Notes: a model not told the origin generated them from the sequence alone. Counted from the whole stretch's first letter, positions 27,205-41,489 are shown. The stretch: 63,807 nucleotides of DNA, filler included, from Octopus bimaculoides (GCF_001194135.2; 6 parts of 6 records of this genome joined end to end with filler, not necessarily neighbours in it), one strand, 5' to 3'. Program-made: numbers and translations.

Positions 27205-28256
27205 GAATAGTTATAATATTTATTATATTTAAAGATTTAACTGGTTTCACAGTTTACACTGATTTTCAAAAATTTGAAATAGAAAGACGTGTCTTATGTC
27301 GTAGCTGTTTTGCTTCTGACTAGTGTTTGAAGCTTTCCCTATTTTTATAGGGAGTTCATGGCTCAAATTAGTACATGTTTTGAATAGGGTTTGATTGGTA
27401 GAGGATAGTCAAATGACCGGTCTTAAATTTTTGTAGGTTCTTCGCTACGTCTGTGTGTTAGTATCAAGTGACAATGTTAAACGTCGTAAGTTAAGGCTGA
27501 TACGGTTGACTGGACAAGTCTGGGGTTGTACTAAACAATCAATACTCTGAATGTTTTCTGTCAAGTGTTTGTAGAGAATGAACACGTGATTAAGTTTAAA
27601 ACCTTCTGTACGTTTCCCACTACGTCCGTGCGTTAGTGTCACATGGCAGTATATTTTGGGTCTAAAATGAAGGCCGATGTGGTTGAGTGAACATGTTTAG
27701 TTACAATCAAAGCACTTCAAATTTAATCTGTCCGGTGGGAGAGTAGACAGAAGTCGTTTGTATGTAGTTCAGTGGATAAAGTTTAGGGTGTTAGCTGTGT
27801 CGGTTCCTCATGTTAAGTGGCAGAATGAGTTTTGTGTGTGAACAGTTATTTGTGTATGTACTTTGTTAAAGACTGTTAAGTCTGGGTTTGTATTTTTGTA
27901 TGAAAGTATTCATCTTACCGCAGGGATAAACAAAGAGAATACTTTCATACAAAAGTACAAACCCAGACTTAACAAACTTTAACAAAGTACATACACAAAC
28001 AACTATTCACACACAAAACTCATTTTGTCACTTAACATGAGGAACCTACACAGCTAACAACCTAAACTTTATCCACTGGACCACATACAAACGACTTCCG
28101 TCTACTCTCCTACCACAAGCTTCAAACATTAGGCAGAAGCAAAACAGCTGCGACATAAGACACGACTTTCTATTTCAAATTTTTGAAAATCAGTGTCAAC
28201 TGCGAAACCGGTTAAATCTTTAAATATAATAATAATAAAAAATATTTTAACTATTC
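27205..28256. repeat. ~1-kb foldback (nested inverted repeat)
   Basis: Inner arms ~27735-27911 / 27937-28113 around a 25-nt loop; outer arms ~27205-27335 / 28117-28256. Confidence 0.9.
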
Positions 28257-28293
28257 TCAGTGCATTTTCAACTTATATATATANNNNNNNNNN

Positions 28294-30165
28294 TTGCCCT
28301 CCAGATGCTCCAAATCATGTAGGCAAGTTTGAAGACTGCTTTACAAAAATAGAAGTTCTAGTCACATTAGAACAACACATAAGTGTACTTCTTATGGGAG
28401 ACTTCAATCTGCCCAATGTCAGATGGCCCGAGGGCCTTTCTCTCCCAGGAATGACGCGATACGAACAAGGACAAGTAAAGTCCCTCCTGAACCTCGCTAA
28501 CACTTTGTACATGGAACAAATAGTACTCCAACCAACCAGGGCAGGTAACATACTGAATCTCTGCTTCACAAATAATATGGATCTCATCCATAATGTGAAA
28601 GTGACACCGACGCTACTCTCGGATCACAACATGGTAGAGCTGACCATGTACGGACCAAAGGAAATCATGGACATGTTACAAGAAACTCTCAATCTTTTCA
28701 ATTTGAACTTCCATAAGGGGCAAACTGGAAACAAATTGAGAAAGAGATCCTCAAACAAAACTGGTCTAAATGTCTCTCCTCACCGGACATCGACATGAAG
28801 CTTAAACAATTCATGTCTGTAATGCAAGCCATATGCTACAAATGTGTCCCGGAGAGAAAGGCCACTGTACACAAGAACAAAATCCCCAGGGAGAGGAAAA
28901 TTCTTATGAGACGGCGTACAAAAGTTTCAAATCGCCTAAACAAACAAATNNNNNNNNNNNNNNNNNNNNNNNNNNNNNNNNNNNNNNNNNNNNNNNNNNN
29001 NNNNNNNNNNNNNNNNNNNNNNNNNNNNNNNNNNNNNNNNNNNNNNNNNNNNNNNNNNNNNNNNNNNNNNNNNNNNNNNNNNNNNNNNNNNNNNNNNNNN
29101 NNNNNNNNNNNNNNNNNNNNNNNNNNNNNNNNNNNNNNNNNNNNNNNNNNNNNNNNNNNNNNNNNNNNNNNNNNNNNNNNNNNNNNNNNNNNNNNNNNNN
29201 NNNNNNNNNNNNNNNNNNNNNNNNNNNNNNNNNNNNNNNNNNNNNNNNNNNNNNNNNNNNNNNNNNNNNNNNNNNNNNNNNNNNNNNNNNNNNNNNNNNN
29301 NNNNNNNNNNNNNNNNNNNNNNNNNNNNNNNNNNNNNNNNNNNNNNNNNNNNNNNNNNNNNNNNNNNNNNNNNNNNNNNNNNNNNNNNNNNNNNNNNNNN
29401 NNNNNNNNNNNNNNNNNNNNNNNNNNNNNNNNNNNNNNNNNNNNNNNNNNNNNNNNNNNNNNNNNNNNNNNNNNNNNNNNNNNNNNNNNNNNNNNNNNNN
29501 NNNNNNNNNNNNNNNNNNNNNNNNNNNNNNNNNNNNNNNNNNNNNNNNNNNNNNNNNNNNNNNNNNNNNNNNNNNNNNNNNNNNNNNNNNNNNNNNNNNN
29601 NNNNNNNNNNNNNNNNNNNNNNNNNNNNNNNNNNNNNNNNNNNNNNNNNNNNNNNNNNNNNNNNNNNNNNNNNNNNNNNNNNNNNNNNNAAGGTCATGGA
29701 ACGAATAGTCAGAAGAAAACTAATCGCCTTCCTTGAAGAAAATGACTTGCTGCCTGACACCCAACATGGTTTCCGACCAGGAAGAAGCTGCCTAACTCAG
29801 CTCTTACAACACTATGACTGGGTGCTGAAACAGCTACTTAACCACTCAAATGTGGAAGTGATATATATCGACTTTGCAAAGGCCTTTGATAAAATCGATC
29901 ATGGAATGATATGTCACAAACTGCGTGATCTCAGCAAAACTGGAAAATTGGGAGAATGGCTTCATGACTTTCTGAAGGATAGAAGTCAGGTGGTAGTAGC
30001 CAATTGAGCCACCTCCAATGACACGCAAATAGTGAGCGGTGTTTCGCAAGGCACTGTTTTGGGACCACTACTGTTCATAATGGCCCTCTCAGACATGCCC
30101 ACAGCCACACAGAGAGCCACGATCACAAGTTATACAGATGATACAGAACCCTGAAGACACTATGC
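28294..30165 (+). mobile_element. CR1/L2-group LINE ORF2 relic (APE endonuclease plus RT), partly in a gap
   Basis: MGDFNLP, QPTRAGNIL, LSDHNMV (endonuclease); QHGFRPGRSC, YIDFAKAFDKIDH, QGTVLGPLLF, YTDD (RT); internal stop at 30005-30007. Confidence 0.9.
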
Positions 30166-30873
30166 ACCTGCAATGTGAGCTGGATGAAATATATATGTAT
30201 ATATGTATATATATAGATGTATATGTATACATGTATATGTATAGCTGTAGATGTATAGATGTATATATATNNNNNNNNNNNNNNNNNNNNNNNNNNNNNN
30301 NNNNNNNNNNNNNNNNNNNNNNNNNNNNNNNNNNNNNNNNNNNNNNNNNNNNNNNNNNNNNNNNNNNNNNNNNNNNNNNNNNNNNNNNNNNNNNNNNNNN
30401 NNNNNNNNNNNNNNNNNNNNNNNNNNNNNNNNNNNNNNNNNNNNNNNNNNNNNNNNNNNNNNNNNNNNNNNNNNNNNNNNNNNNNNNNNNNNNNNNNNNN
30501 NNNNNNNNNNNNNNNNNNNNNNNNNNNNNNNNNNNNNNNNNNNNNNNNNNNNNNNNNNNNNNNNNNNNNGAGAGAGAGAGAGAGAGAGAGAGATAGATGT
30601 ATATGTATACATGTATATGTGTAGATGTCTAAATATAGATGTACATGTAACATGTACACATATATATATACACATGCATACATATATACACTCATGCACA
30701 CACACATACATAGGTGCAGGTGTGGTTGTGTGGTAAGAAACTTTGTTCTAAAACACATGGTCCTGGGTTCAGTCCCACTGTGTGGTGACTTGGCATGTGT
30801 CTTCTGCTATAGCCTCAGACCAACCAAAGCCTTGTGAGTGGATTTTGTCGACAGAAACTGAAAGAAATCGAGC

Positions 30874-30904
<31 letters not shown>

Positions 30905-31129
30905 CGTATGTATGTATGTATGTATGTATGTATGTATATATAGATATTTATTTATTTAGTTATTTATATTTATATGTTGAGAGAGAACTGTCTTTTTTAC
31001 TTGTCAAGTCTGAAGGAAAGACCATTCACCATATACTTTACTGTTCCTCCAAAGCTAGTGAGCTTCATAATTCCGTTTAAACCGTTACTGCTCAGCTCCT
31101 ATAGGCAAAAACATGAACAGTGAATAGAT

Positions 31130-32104
31130 TTCAGGAGAGTGATATTTTGGAAAGAAAAGACTGGGTATAAAGGTCAGTGGTTAGTCAAGGGATTGGATGA
31201 ACCAAAAGTGACAAGAAGTGGAAAGAAAACAGGGTTTGTGGGTGGGTTGTGTGGTAAAGGTACGAGACTAGCCAGATCCGAGTACCAGAGGCCATCAACT
31301 ATAATGGTGATAGAAAAGACAGGGAGAAGCAGGAGCAGGTCTGTTGGCGATTGAAATTCACTTTGTCGATTGGCCTTTCACTTCATACGGTCCAAGATGT
31401 CTGCATGAAGTAGCAACTCCATCCCAGCTGTAGGAGAAGTATTCCATTGTGGGTTTCACTTTAGCCCTGTAGAATATCAGCAGCTGTTAGGAACGGAAAT
31501 ATTTTTTTTACTCTGTAGAGAAAGGCCAGTCTTTGGGGTGCAGTCCTAGCTATGCTAAGGATGTATGTTCCCGAGGAAAGATCCTCAGTGAGGCCCAGCA
31601 TTTAGAAAAAAGTTTGGCGTGGTTCCTCTCAAGGTTGTTTTCAAGGTCTCCAATTATAGAATCGATGCATGTTTAATGTGGGTCATCTAGACTACTTATG
31701 GATGATGCATGGCTAAGGAAAGTTAGAGTAGAATGGTCTTGTTATCTGTATAAGAGTGAAGATTGCTGGGTATGATGAGAAGTAGGTCATTGATGAATAG
31801 AAGAAAGAGAGTGGGAAACAAAACCAAACCCTGGGAAATACCAGAATTAGTTGACAGAGTGCCAGAAATAGCTTCATCAATACATATTACAATGGGGTGA
31901 TCAGATGAGAGCTGGCGAGAGGCTGTAGGTAAGAGGGTTTTGATAAGAGAGTTGCATGCCTGACACGGTAGAATTCTTTGCTTGATCTGCTGAACAGCAG
32001 AAGTATTTTCACCGAACTTCATTAAAGCGAGAACCCACTAACAAATGACAAGAGAGTAGGTTGCCAATGGGTCTGGCTCTACAAGAGCCGTAATGATGGC
32101 AACT

Positions 32105-32159
<55 letters not shown>

Positions 32160-32248
32160 NNNNNNNNNNNNNNNNNNNNNNNNNNNNNNNNNNNNNNNNN
32201 NNNNNNNNNNNNNNNNNNNNNNNNNNNNNNNNNNNNNNNNNNNNNNNN

Positions 32249-32296
<48 letters not shown>

Positions 32297-33080
32297 AAGA
32301 TGCTGGAAAACGTCATTGTTAATGGCTGTCTTATTACCTTAGAAATATGTTAGAAGTGAGAACAATAGGACGATAGTTGATTGGATCAAAATAGCTACCT
32401 TTATGGGGAAATGGAACACACCAAGATATGCTTCGAAATGTTTGGTGGATATAGTAACATATTATGGAGTATAACACTTGAATGTAATGGAAGCGACACT
32501 ACCAGGTGGCATTGTTTGTTTGAAACAGTTGAAGGCATTTCCACACTTGACATGCCTGTATTTGAAGCAGGGAGACTGGTGGAGCAGAATAGAAGATTTA
32601 GTGGGGATTTGACTTGAGACTTCACAGTGTCAAGTTAGAAGCATAGCACGCTTTCTCCATGGGGATATTGTTTACAAAGCATTTAATATTTAGAAGACCG
32701 TCTTAGTGGTTTTAAAAGAGTTGCTCAGTGGGGGTAAACACCAGCTAATTTGGGGGAATAGGTGAGATTCTGCAGGCGTTGTAGAACTCTTTTTTTTACT
32801 CAAATAGCATCGGCAAGTAACCCACTTAGGTGACTTGGAACATCGAGGTTCTTTTGTGTAAGGGATAGGAAGGTACATATCTAAAAAGATAGTTTTGATG
32901 ACCAACGATACTGTTTCTGAAGAATGAGGATATGTATTGTTAATCATTTTTATGAGCCATTGAGGTTCATAGAGTGGAACCAGTATTTAACTTCGATTTC
33001 TGAAACTTTAAGTGCTTAGAAGTTGAATCTCTTCATGGATAAGATGAAGACGTTGGTCTCTCAAAAGTAAATTTCTAGGA
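31130..33080 (-). mobile_element. Old LINE relic (RT domains 4-5 recognisable)
   Basis: ORF 31723-32022 has SGISQGLVLFPTLFLLFINDLL...HSYTD, a decayed GVPQG-SVL-P-LF-IND-YADD pattern; outer limits uncertain. Confidence 0.55.
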
Positions 33081-33450
33081 AGCTTTGTTAAATATACCTA
33101 TTGCAACTTCACATTTTACAAAATATTTACATACATGCACGCACGCACACGCTCGGGATCCCACACACATATGCATGTGAGTATATTCCTTTTCTTTTTT
33201 CTTCATTTTTTACTTGTTCCAGTCGTTTGGCTGCGGCCATGCTAGAGCATCGCCTTGAAAGGTTTTAGTCGACCCCAGGACTTATTTTTTAAGCCTTGTA
33301 CTTATTCTATCGGTCTTTTTGCCGAACCTCTAACGTTACGGGGACGTAAACACACCAACACCGGTTGTCAAGCGGTAATGGGGACAAACACAGATACAAA
33401 GATGCACTTATCTATATATAAATACATACATACACACACACATATATATA

Positions 33451-34362
33451 TTGGGTCATCCCATAAGTAATGCGGTTTTTTCAATTGCATGAACTAAAAG
33501 TCGGCGGGAGACGGGATAAACTACCTGCATCAACTTGCTATAAAAGCAGGTAGTAATTCTACCTTGCCCTTATTCTTAGTGCAAGTTTTGAAGAGTGCAG
33601 TTCGATTTTAGCAATTATTTTTTACAAAGCTATAATGGAAGTTACAAAGAAGCATATTCGTCATATTTTGCTTTATGAGTTGAATAAAGGCAACAGCGCA
33701 ACGGAAAGTGCGAGGAATATTAATCCAGTATATGGGGATAAAACTACAAGCGTAAGCTAGTGTCAACGGTGCTTCCAGAAATTTTGAGCCTAGAAGACGA
33801 GCCTCGTCCTGGAAGATATGTAGAACTCGACGAGGAGGTCATGCAAAACCTGGTGGACCAAAATCTCATCGTAACTGTTGAGGAACTAGCAGAGAAGCTT
33901 GGATTTGATCATTCAACCATTCATCAACACATGTGTGCCATCGGAAAAGTCAGCAAATTGGATCAAAGGGCTCCTCACAGACTTTCCGAGTCTAATCGCG
34001 CGGCCACATACAGCGAGGATGACATTCCAAAGGCTGGGACAGTTTGAATGGGAAATGATGTCCCACCTACCATATTCGCCAGACATTGCCCCATCTGATT
34101 ATAATTTATTCCACAGTCTTCAAAATTATTTGAACGGAAAAAAATATGAATTCTGTGGACGAAGTCAGAACATTACTGGAGGAGTCTTTTTCGTCACGGA
34201 CAAGTGAATTTTTGAAGAGGGACCTTGCAAGTTTACCAGATAGATGGAAGAGCATTGTAGAAAATGAAGGAGAGTATATTTTAGATTTAAAAAGAACTCT
34301 GTTTATCTTAATTTTGAAAAATAGAAGTATAAAAACACTGCATTATTTATGGGACGACCGAA
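33451..34362 (+). mobile_element. mariner element with both TIRs and an internal deletion (non-autonomous)
   Basis: TIRs TTGGGTCATCCCATAAGTAATGC / GCATTATTTATGGGACGACCGAA flanked by TA; MEVTKKHIRHILLYE N-terminus; HLPYSPDIAPSDY motif; middle of the DDD domain missing. Confidence 0.92.
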
Positions 34363-34737
34363 TACATCCATACATACATACATAGACACAGACACACACA
34401 TATATATAAACAGAGTTAGCGGTTATAATAACCAACTAAGGGGTAAAAGATCAGTATATACTATCGGTATTCGTTACTCGTATTATCCCCGGGCAATGGT
34501 AGCATGCATACTAACGCACGTATATGTATATATATACGACAGTCTTCTTTCAGTTTCCGTCTACCAAATCCATTCACAAGGCTTTGGTTCGCCCAATGCT
34601 ATATAGTAGGAGACACTTGCCTAAAGTGCCACGCACTGTGACTGAACCCGGGACCATGTAGTTGAGAAACCAGTTTCTTGCCACACAGCCATGCCCTGAA
34701 CCTCTATATGTATGTATATATTTATGGCTGGATGGAT

Positions 34738-35369
34738 CAGTGGCGGTTCATAGATAACTTATAAAAAGAATATTTATACATAAACTTGATCGGTTCGTGT
34801 TTTAGCCACTGCCGAGTAGTGTGTTTAATTTATTCACTGAACACCGCCGCGAATTCTCCCTTGTTTTTCAAAAATTTCCCCTAAATCACAAAATAAGGGT
34901 GTGCCTTATTTTTCAAATCCTGGCAGCAACACTGAAGCTGGAAGCAGGATAATAATCTAATTCTACACTTTATCACATTCAAGAATATAAACACGTTTTT
35001 AAGCACAGCACACGCGGAGTCAAAAAGAAATACTACCTTACACCGGAACACCAGTTTCGTCACTGTCGTTCACACAATGCTCTTTCTCCCTAGCGTGAAG
35101 CTTCCTATCTCGAACATGTGCGCATGCGCACAGCAGCCAAACATCGCGTCGCTGGAAGTGTGAAGCGCACAGTTCTATACAAGGGTTTTAGTATTTTTTT
35201 CATTAACTATGGGATGGCTACTAACATTAAGCTTAAGGATTATATAATGTACAAGTATAAAGAAAGAATTAAAGACAAAAAGGACTCATTATATTGAATG
35301 TTATCGATAATATCGACTGGAAATAGGGGGTGCTGCAGTTCCACAGTGCCTATACACGAGTCGCCACTG
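34738..35369. mobile_element. hAT-type MITE
   Basis: TIRs CAGTGGCG / CGCCACTG; perfect 8-bp TSD GGATGGAT at 34730-34737 and 35370-35377. Confidence 0.85.
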
Positions 35370-35524
35370 GGATGGATGGAGGACCGAATCTATGTATGTG
35401 AGTGAATATGTGTGATATTGTATCAAAAATAAATGTAAAATAAACATGGGTAAGTCTACCAAATATGTAGAACTGAGTACGCTTTTAAAAAATATATGAG
35501 CGTATATGCATATACACTCATACG

Positions 35525-35587
<63 letters not shown>

Positions 35588-35689
35588 NNNNNNNNNNNNN
35601 NNNNNNNNNNNNNNNNNNNNNNNNNNNNNNNTTAATTAATTAANNNNNNNNNNNNNNNNNNNNNNNNNNNNNNNNNNNNNNNNNNNNTG

Positions 35690-36030
35690 GCACATGAGAT
35701 GCACCATTTTGAGTGTGGCCGTTGCCAGTACTGCCTGACTGGCTCCTGTAGGATTTTCGAGCGAGATCGTTGCCAGTGGACTGGACTGGCTTGTGCGGGT
35801 GGCACATAAAAGACACCATTTCGAGCGTGGCCGTTTTCGTGCGGGTGACACGTAAAAGCACCCACTACACTCTCTGAGTGGTTGGCGTTAGGAAGGGCAT
35901 CCAGCTGTAGAAACTCTGTCAAATCAGACTGGAGCCTGGTGTTGCCATCCGGTTTCACCAGTCCTCAGTCAAATCGTCCAACCCATGCTAGCATGGAAAG
36001 CGGACGTTAAACGATGATGATGATGATGAT
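35690..36030 (+). mobile_element. Family-C interspersed repeat ending in a (GAT)n tail
   Basis: ggttggcgttaggaagggcatccagctgtagaaac...cccatgctagcatggaaagcggacgttaaacgatgatg; other copies at ~48500-49000 (-), 62880-63220 (+) and 63530-63780 (-). Confidence 0.8.
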
Positions 36031-37397
36031 GACTTACATATATATGTATATGCATATATATATATACAACTATATATGTATATATATATACATCTATATG
36101 TATACATTTGTGTGCGTGCGTACGCGTGTGAATATCTGTATTTATATATTTTTGTGTATATATATATATATATATAATTTTGTGCATATAATGTGAAAAA
36201 GCAGGTTATATATTATTACGATTCTTCCTTAAGCAAATAAGATGACACAGATGTAATCTTTGTTGATTCCTTAGTTTATGGGAATTTTATTTGACTGATA
36301 GAAATGTTGTTTGTCTTACCAGTTACTGAAACTTCACAGCTGCTTAGCTCAGTTATACACTAAAACTAAAACCTTTATATTGATCAAAGTCAATAATTTA
36401 TTTTTCATTTGACAAAAACCGAGTTTAACGACTTGAGCAGCTGTTGTCTCATGTTTACAAAAATACCCTCTTTTCACTTCTTTTGCATGAAAATCATGAA
36501 TAGATCTGGTTTGACGTCTAGAAGACGTAGAGAAAACAAGGTTAACTGTATAATTGATACAGAAAATGAAATGTTAATATTACGGTAAAAGTATTAAATT
36601 TCCAATGATTTCCATACATGTAAACTAGAAATTGTTGAGCTTAAAGTCGTCCATTTTCTTTTATGATTCTTTTTTTCGTTACGGTGTCTGTCTGTTTAAC
36701 ATAGTTGATTTTTTTCAGAGATCTACTAGTTACGCCTGTCTGTCGACTTGAAAAGAACAACTATGATTAAAACAAATTAGATACGGTCAATATTTTTAAC
36801 AAGGATAAAAATATTCATCAAAGATTAAGGAAATATCAAAATTTAATTATTGAGACATTTCTGGAAGCTGTGATACCTTGTTTTGCAGAGTGGTCACAGG
36901 TGTTACGTTAATAGGATTAGCAAAAGCCAGAGAGCTTGGCTTGTGAAGGTCACCGAGAAAAGCGGTCGCTAAATCGATAAAAAAAAAAAGACAATTGCAA
37001 GAATCGATACTAATTTTTTCCTTTCGTTTCTCCTCCTTTGTGTCCTATAACAGATAGATTGCTGCAATATTTAAACTAATTTTAATTAATTCTTAGAGAG
37101 TTTAGATAAGTGAATCAGATAAATGAACATAAAGTGGGTTGTTCGAACCCTGTCTATGACACATCTTGAGTCTATGGGCCAAGGCATTGCTCTCAGCTGG
37201 TAATTTTTACTGGAAATAACAGCATACTAGGAACATCTCTCAGTTGAAGGCAGATGTATCAATATAAACTAACGAGTGGTTTATTAACTGAAAGCGTTGA
37301 ATGTCCAGGCAATATCAGGGAAAGACCAGACACTACAAATTAACGATGTTCTTCTCAATCATTGGGTTCACTCCAGTTTTGACTGCAAAACTGCGAA

Positions 37398-38133
37398 TAC
37401 ATACATACATACAGATCTTGTTTCACGCGCGGTGTCGCTTGTTTACCGGGGCTAAGCCATTCCTTACGTTGTTTCATATTGATGTACAGGCACCATTTTT
37501 CATCACCAGTAACGATTTGGTAAAGAAATCGTTGCTTGTGTCCATGAGTTGAGCGGTGACGATCAAGCAAATAAGCGGAGATTGTGGCTCCTTGATTTTT
37601 GTTGTTGTCACTTAAAGCATGCAGAACCCATGCTCCCAACTTCTGAACCTTTCCCATCGAGTGAAGATGCTTCTCTATAGCAGTGTGGGAGCATTCCATT
37701 TTCTCTGCCAGTTACCTTGTCGTTTGATGAGAATTTTCGTGTAAAAGTTGGTTTAATCACTCCTCATCGAACTCAACTGGATGGCCAGAATGAGGTGCGT
37801 CTTTAAGGTCAAAATTTCCATTTTTGAACTTGGCATACCAGTCACGAACGGTTCTTTCAGCTATGGCACCCTCTCCATAGACAGCACAAGTGTCACAAGC
37901 AACTTTTGCGGCCTTAGAACCTTGATTAAAAGCAAAATAAAGGAGGTGCCGAAAATGCTTGTTTTTCTTAACTTGACATTCCATTTTAATGATCTGAAAA
38001 TAAACAAAATTAACTAAAATTAACTAGAAAAAATAAATAAATAATAGATTCCAAAATGATTCAAAAATACAATTCACGAAAAAAATAGATTCCAAAATTT
38101 TAAAAAACGGCGGGAACTTAGTTGCAAGCCCAA
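37398..38133 (-). mobile_element. mariner 5' half (one TIR plus transposase N-terminal two thirds)
   Basis: TIR TTGGGCTTGCAACTAAG next to TA; MECQVKKNKHFRHLL, KLGAWVLHAL, IVTGDEKW; in-frame stop; truncated at (TACA)n. Confidence 0.88.
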
Positions 38134-39423
38134 TATACATTTGCAAAATAAACAGTCACAGTACAATATAAAACAGGACCATTGTTCCAAGGGAATGGCT
38201 CACTAACTGCGGATTCAGAGAGGATAAGTGAGGTACCCAGTAAGCAATTTAAAAGTGTATTCACTTCTCCACCTTGGACACATGCAGATAAAATTCATAG
38301 TTCATAAGGAATAAAATAGAAGTATAAAGAATAAAAGTAGTCAGACTAATATAGGCAGGAAAATAATGTCCACAACTCATCTTTTTCCAGAGGATATGGA
38401 TGTTGGTCCAGATTGATGGCGGTGGTGGTGGCGGTGATGATGGTAGTGGTTGTGCACTAGTGCAGTGGTGGTGGCGGTAGTGGTGGTGTTGTAGTTGTTT
38501 TTGTCATATTGTGGTCGTGGTTATGACATTGCTGCTCATTTGGTGGCATGATGGTAATGTATTATTACCCAGCATACCTATTTGTTTAGATCGCAAGTGA
38601 ACTAAACCCCTCATATTCTATATGTATGTATGTCTTTATTCAGTTTATTTCAAGATGTCTTGCCAATAGAGAAAGAACCGGTTTCTAACCTAGATCCAAG
38701 GTACCTTCATTGGAATTTCAGCATCAACAACAGGGTATGTATGTATGTATGTCACCGATATTCGAAGTTTCCAGTCTTATTGTTAAAGGCACGAAACTGG
38801 GTATTAGTATTTTTGGTCGATAACCGAGGAAGAATTAGAGTCCTAGTGTCTGTCCAACGAGTTCGTTTTGTAGTATTTAATGCATTTTTCATTTATACCA
38901 GAGAAGGTTTAATGAAACTGTAGCAAAGAACACGGCGTTACTGTAATGTGGTCGCAATTCTCAGACTGTAACTACTGCACACACACATAACACACACACA
39001 CAAACATATATATATATATATATATATATANNNNNNNNNNNNNNNNNNNNNNNNNNNNNNNNNNNNNNNNNNNNNNNNNNNNNNNNNNNNNNNNNNNNNN
39101 NNNNNNNNNNNNNNNNNNNNNNNNNNNNNNNNNNNNNNNNNNNNNNNNNNNNNNNNNNNNNNNNNNNNNNNNNNNNNNNNNNNNNNNNNNNNNNNNNNNN
39201 NNNNNNNNNNNNNNNNNNNNNNNNNNNNNNNNNNNNNNNNNNNNNNNNNNNNNNNNNNNNNNNNNNNNNNNNNNNNNNNNNNNNNNNNNNNNNNNNNNNN
39301 NNNNNNNNNNNNNNNNNNNNNNNNNNNNNNNNNNNNNNNNNNNNNNNNNNNNNNNNNNNNNNNNNNNNNNNNTTTGTTATTGTTTTTTGTCTTTTTCCTT
39401 TCTTTGAACTTATATATATATAT

Positions 39424-39464
<41 letters not shown>

Positions 39465-39630
39465 GACATTGACCACTAACGTGGACATTCATATATATAT
39501 ATATAGATAAATAGATAGATAGATATTCCTGAACACATATACAAATATATATTCCTGTAAATATATACATATGTATATTCCTATACATATATACATATAT
39601 GTGTATGTACAGACACACACAAATAATGCA

Positions 39631-39666
<36 letters not shown>

Positions 39667-41489
39667 GGAGCGTGATAGAGAGTGAGACTGATAGACAGAG
39701 AGAAATAGAAAGAAGAAAAGAGCAAAAAATAAGTAGAAAAGAGAGACTGTTTATGCCGATCTCTGTTTACAATGATAATTTAGTGTCCTTGCTACCAAAA
39801 ATAAAATCAGGATATCATTTTATGTTGATAAATAATCTGGGCCAGGGACAGATTGATGGCGGCGGTTGTGGCAGCGACGATGATAGCGGTAGTGGTTGTG
39901 CACTGGTGCAGTGGTGGCGGCGGCGGCGGTGGTGGTGCTGTAGTTGTTGTTGTGGTTATGACATTGCTGCTTAGTCGGCGGTGTGGTTGTTATGTATTAC
40001 TCTTGTAAGTGGAGGAGTTGCAGTGGAGATGATACATTATGTATGGAGTAACGGCGAAGGTGGTGCAGTGGTGTTTGTGGTGGTGGTGACTGTGAATGTA
40101 ATGGTAGCGGATGGAGGGTGATGAAGATGGTGTAGTGGTACTGTTCGATGATCGTGGTGATGGAGATTGTATTGGTGGTGTCGTTGTAGTGCTGAATAAT
40201 GGTGGTGGTAGTGGTGATGGTGATGTTGGATGGTGATGTTAGTGGTGATACTGGTGGTGCAGGGAGGGATGTTATTATTGGCGATGATAGATGGTGATGA
40301 TGGTAATGCTGGTGTTGATGGCGTTGGAGAGATCCACGGCAAAATTATCTGACGTTCTTTTATTTGTAAGTTTAAGTCTCACTTGGTTAAATATAATCCA
40401 TTCTCTCCCACCGTGCTGTCCTGCTTTCCTACACCATTTCCATACTCAGCCCTTCTCAACACACTGAGTGAACTTTTATCAAATTCAGACATGTTGATTC
40501 CACAGGTGTGCCGAACAAAATATGAAACATGACCTGCATTCCAGAGGACTTGGGACTTTGTTTTAGGAGCGGCTGTTATAAATGTCCTAGATTAATGTAA
40601 TTTTAGTAATAAAAAGAGTGCATTTTGCACCAAAAGCCGACATTAGAGTTTCCCTCGTGGTAATTACCGCACTACAGTTTGTTCTAAGGGACATTCACCT
40701 TTAAGTGGGGATTAAAATTACTTCTCGGTATAAATACTGCCTCTGTCGCAAATGAATATTTAACAAGATCACTAGCTAATCGTGACACCAGCGCCTGTTC
40801 TGGCACTGTTATTCTATGTATCGCAGAAAGAAGGAGGGGGACGAATCGCTGCAATCTCTAGTGGTCGAGCGTCCATCATTGACAAAACCAGGAAGTTCGA
40901 AATCACGTGATCTGGTGGGCTCAGCTCAAGAGGTGACGGGGATTTATAAAGTATTGTGTTAAACTGGACTACAGAAACTTATGAAATGCTCCAGACTGTT
41001 TATGGATTAACTTGTGAGTCGAGCATCTGATTTTCGCCAGCAAAAGATGTTCAAAGACAGTAGAAAAGAGGTGAGAGATGTCGGAAAGAGAGAAACGTCA
41101 GAACATTAGAGCTGGTTTTAAAAATTCGTCTATACAGTTTGGAGTTAATGTGGCAACTGTATACATCATGAATATCTGAACATGCGCAAAATGTGTGCCA
41201 ATTTCCGCCCCCATCCCGGGTGCTCAGTGTCACTATTGTAGCTAAGAATAGACTACACTTTCAAGAATCGCATGAAGCCCATTGGGGTCACAGCTAGCAA
41301 AGGATTGTGATTCATTTCTAATTCATTTATCTCTTTATCAACTACTAAATCTAAGACTAGAAGACTGTGTCTGTTCAGAATAAATGGCAAGAGTGAGTTG
41401 ACAGCTCATTTATAGACAGTTACTCTATATCCGATTGACTACTCCTAATGTCTTCTTTCCTCCCTGAGGAAAATGGATACACATGGCAA

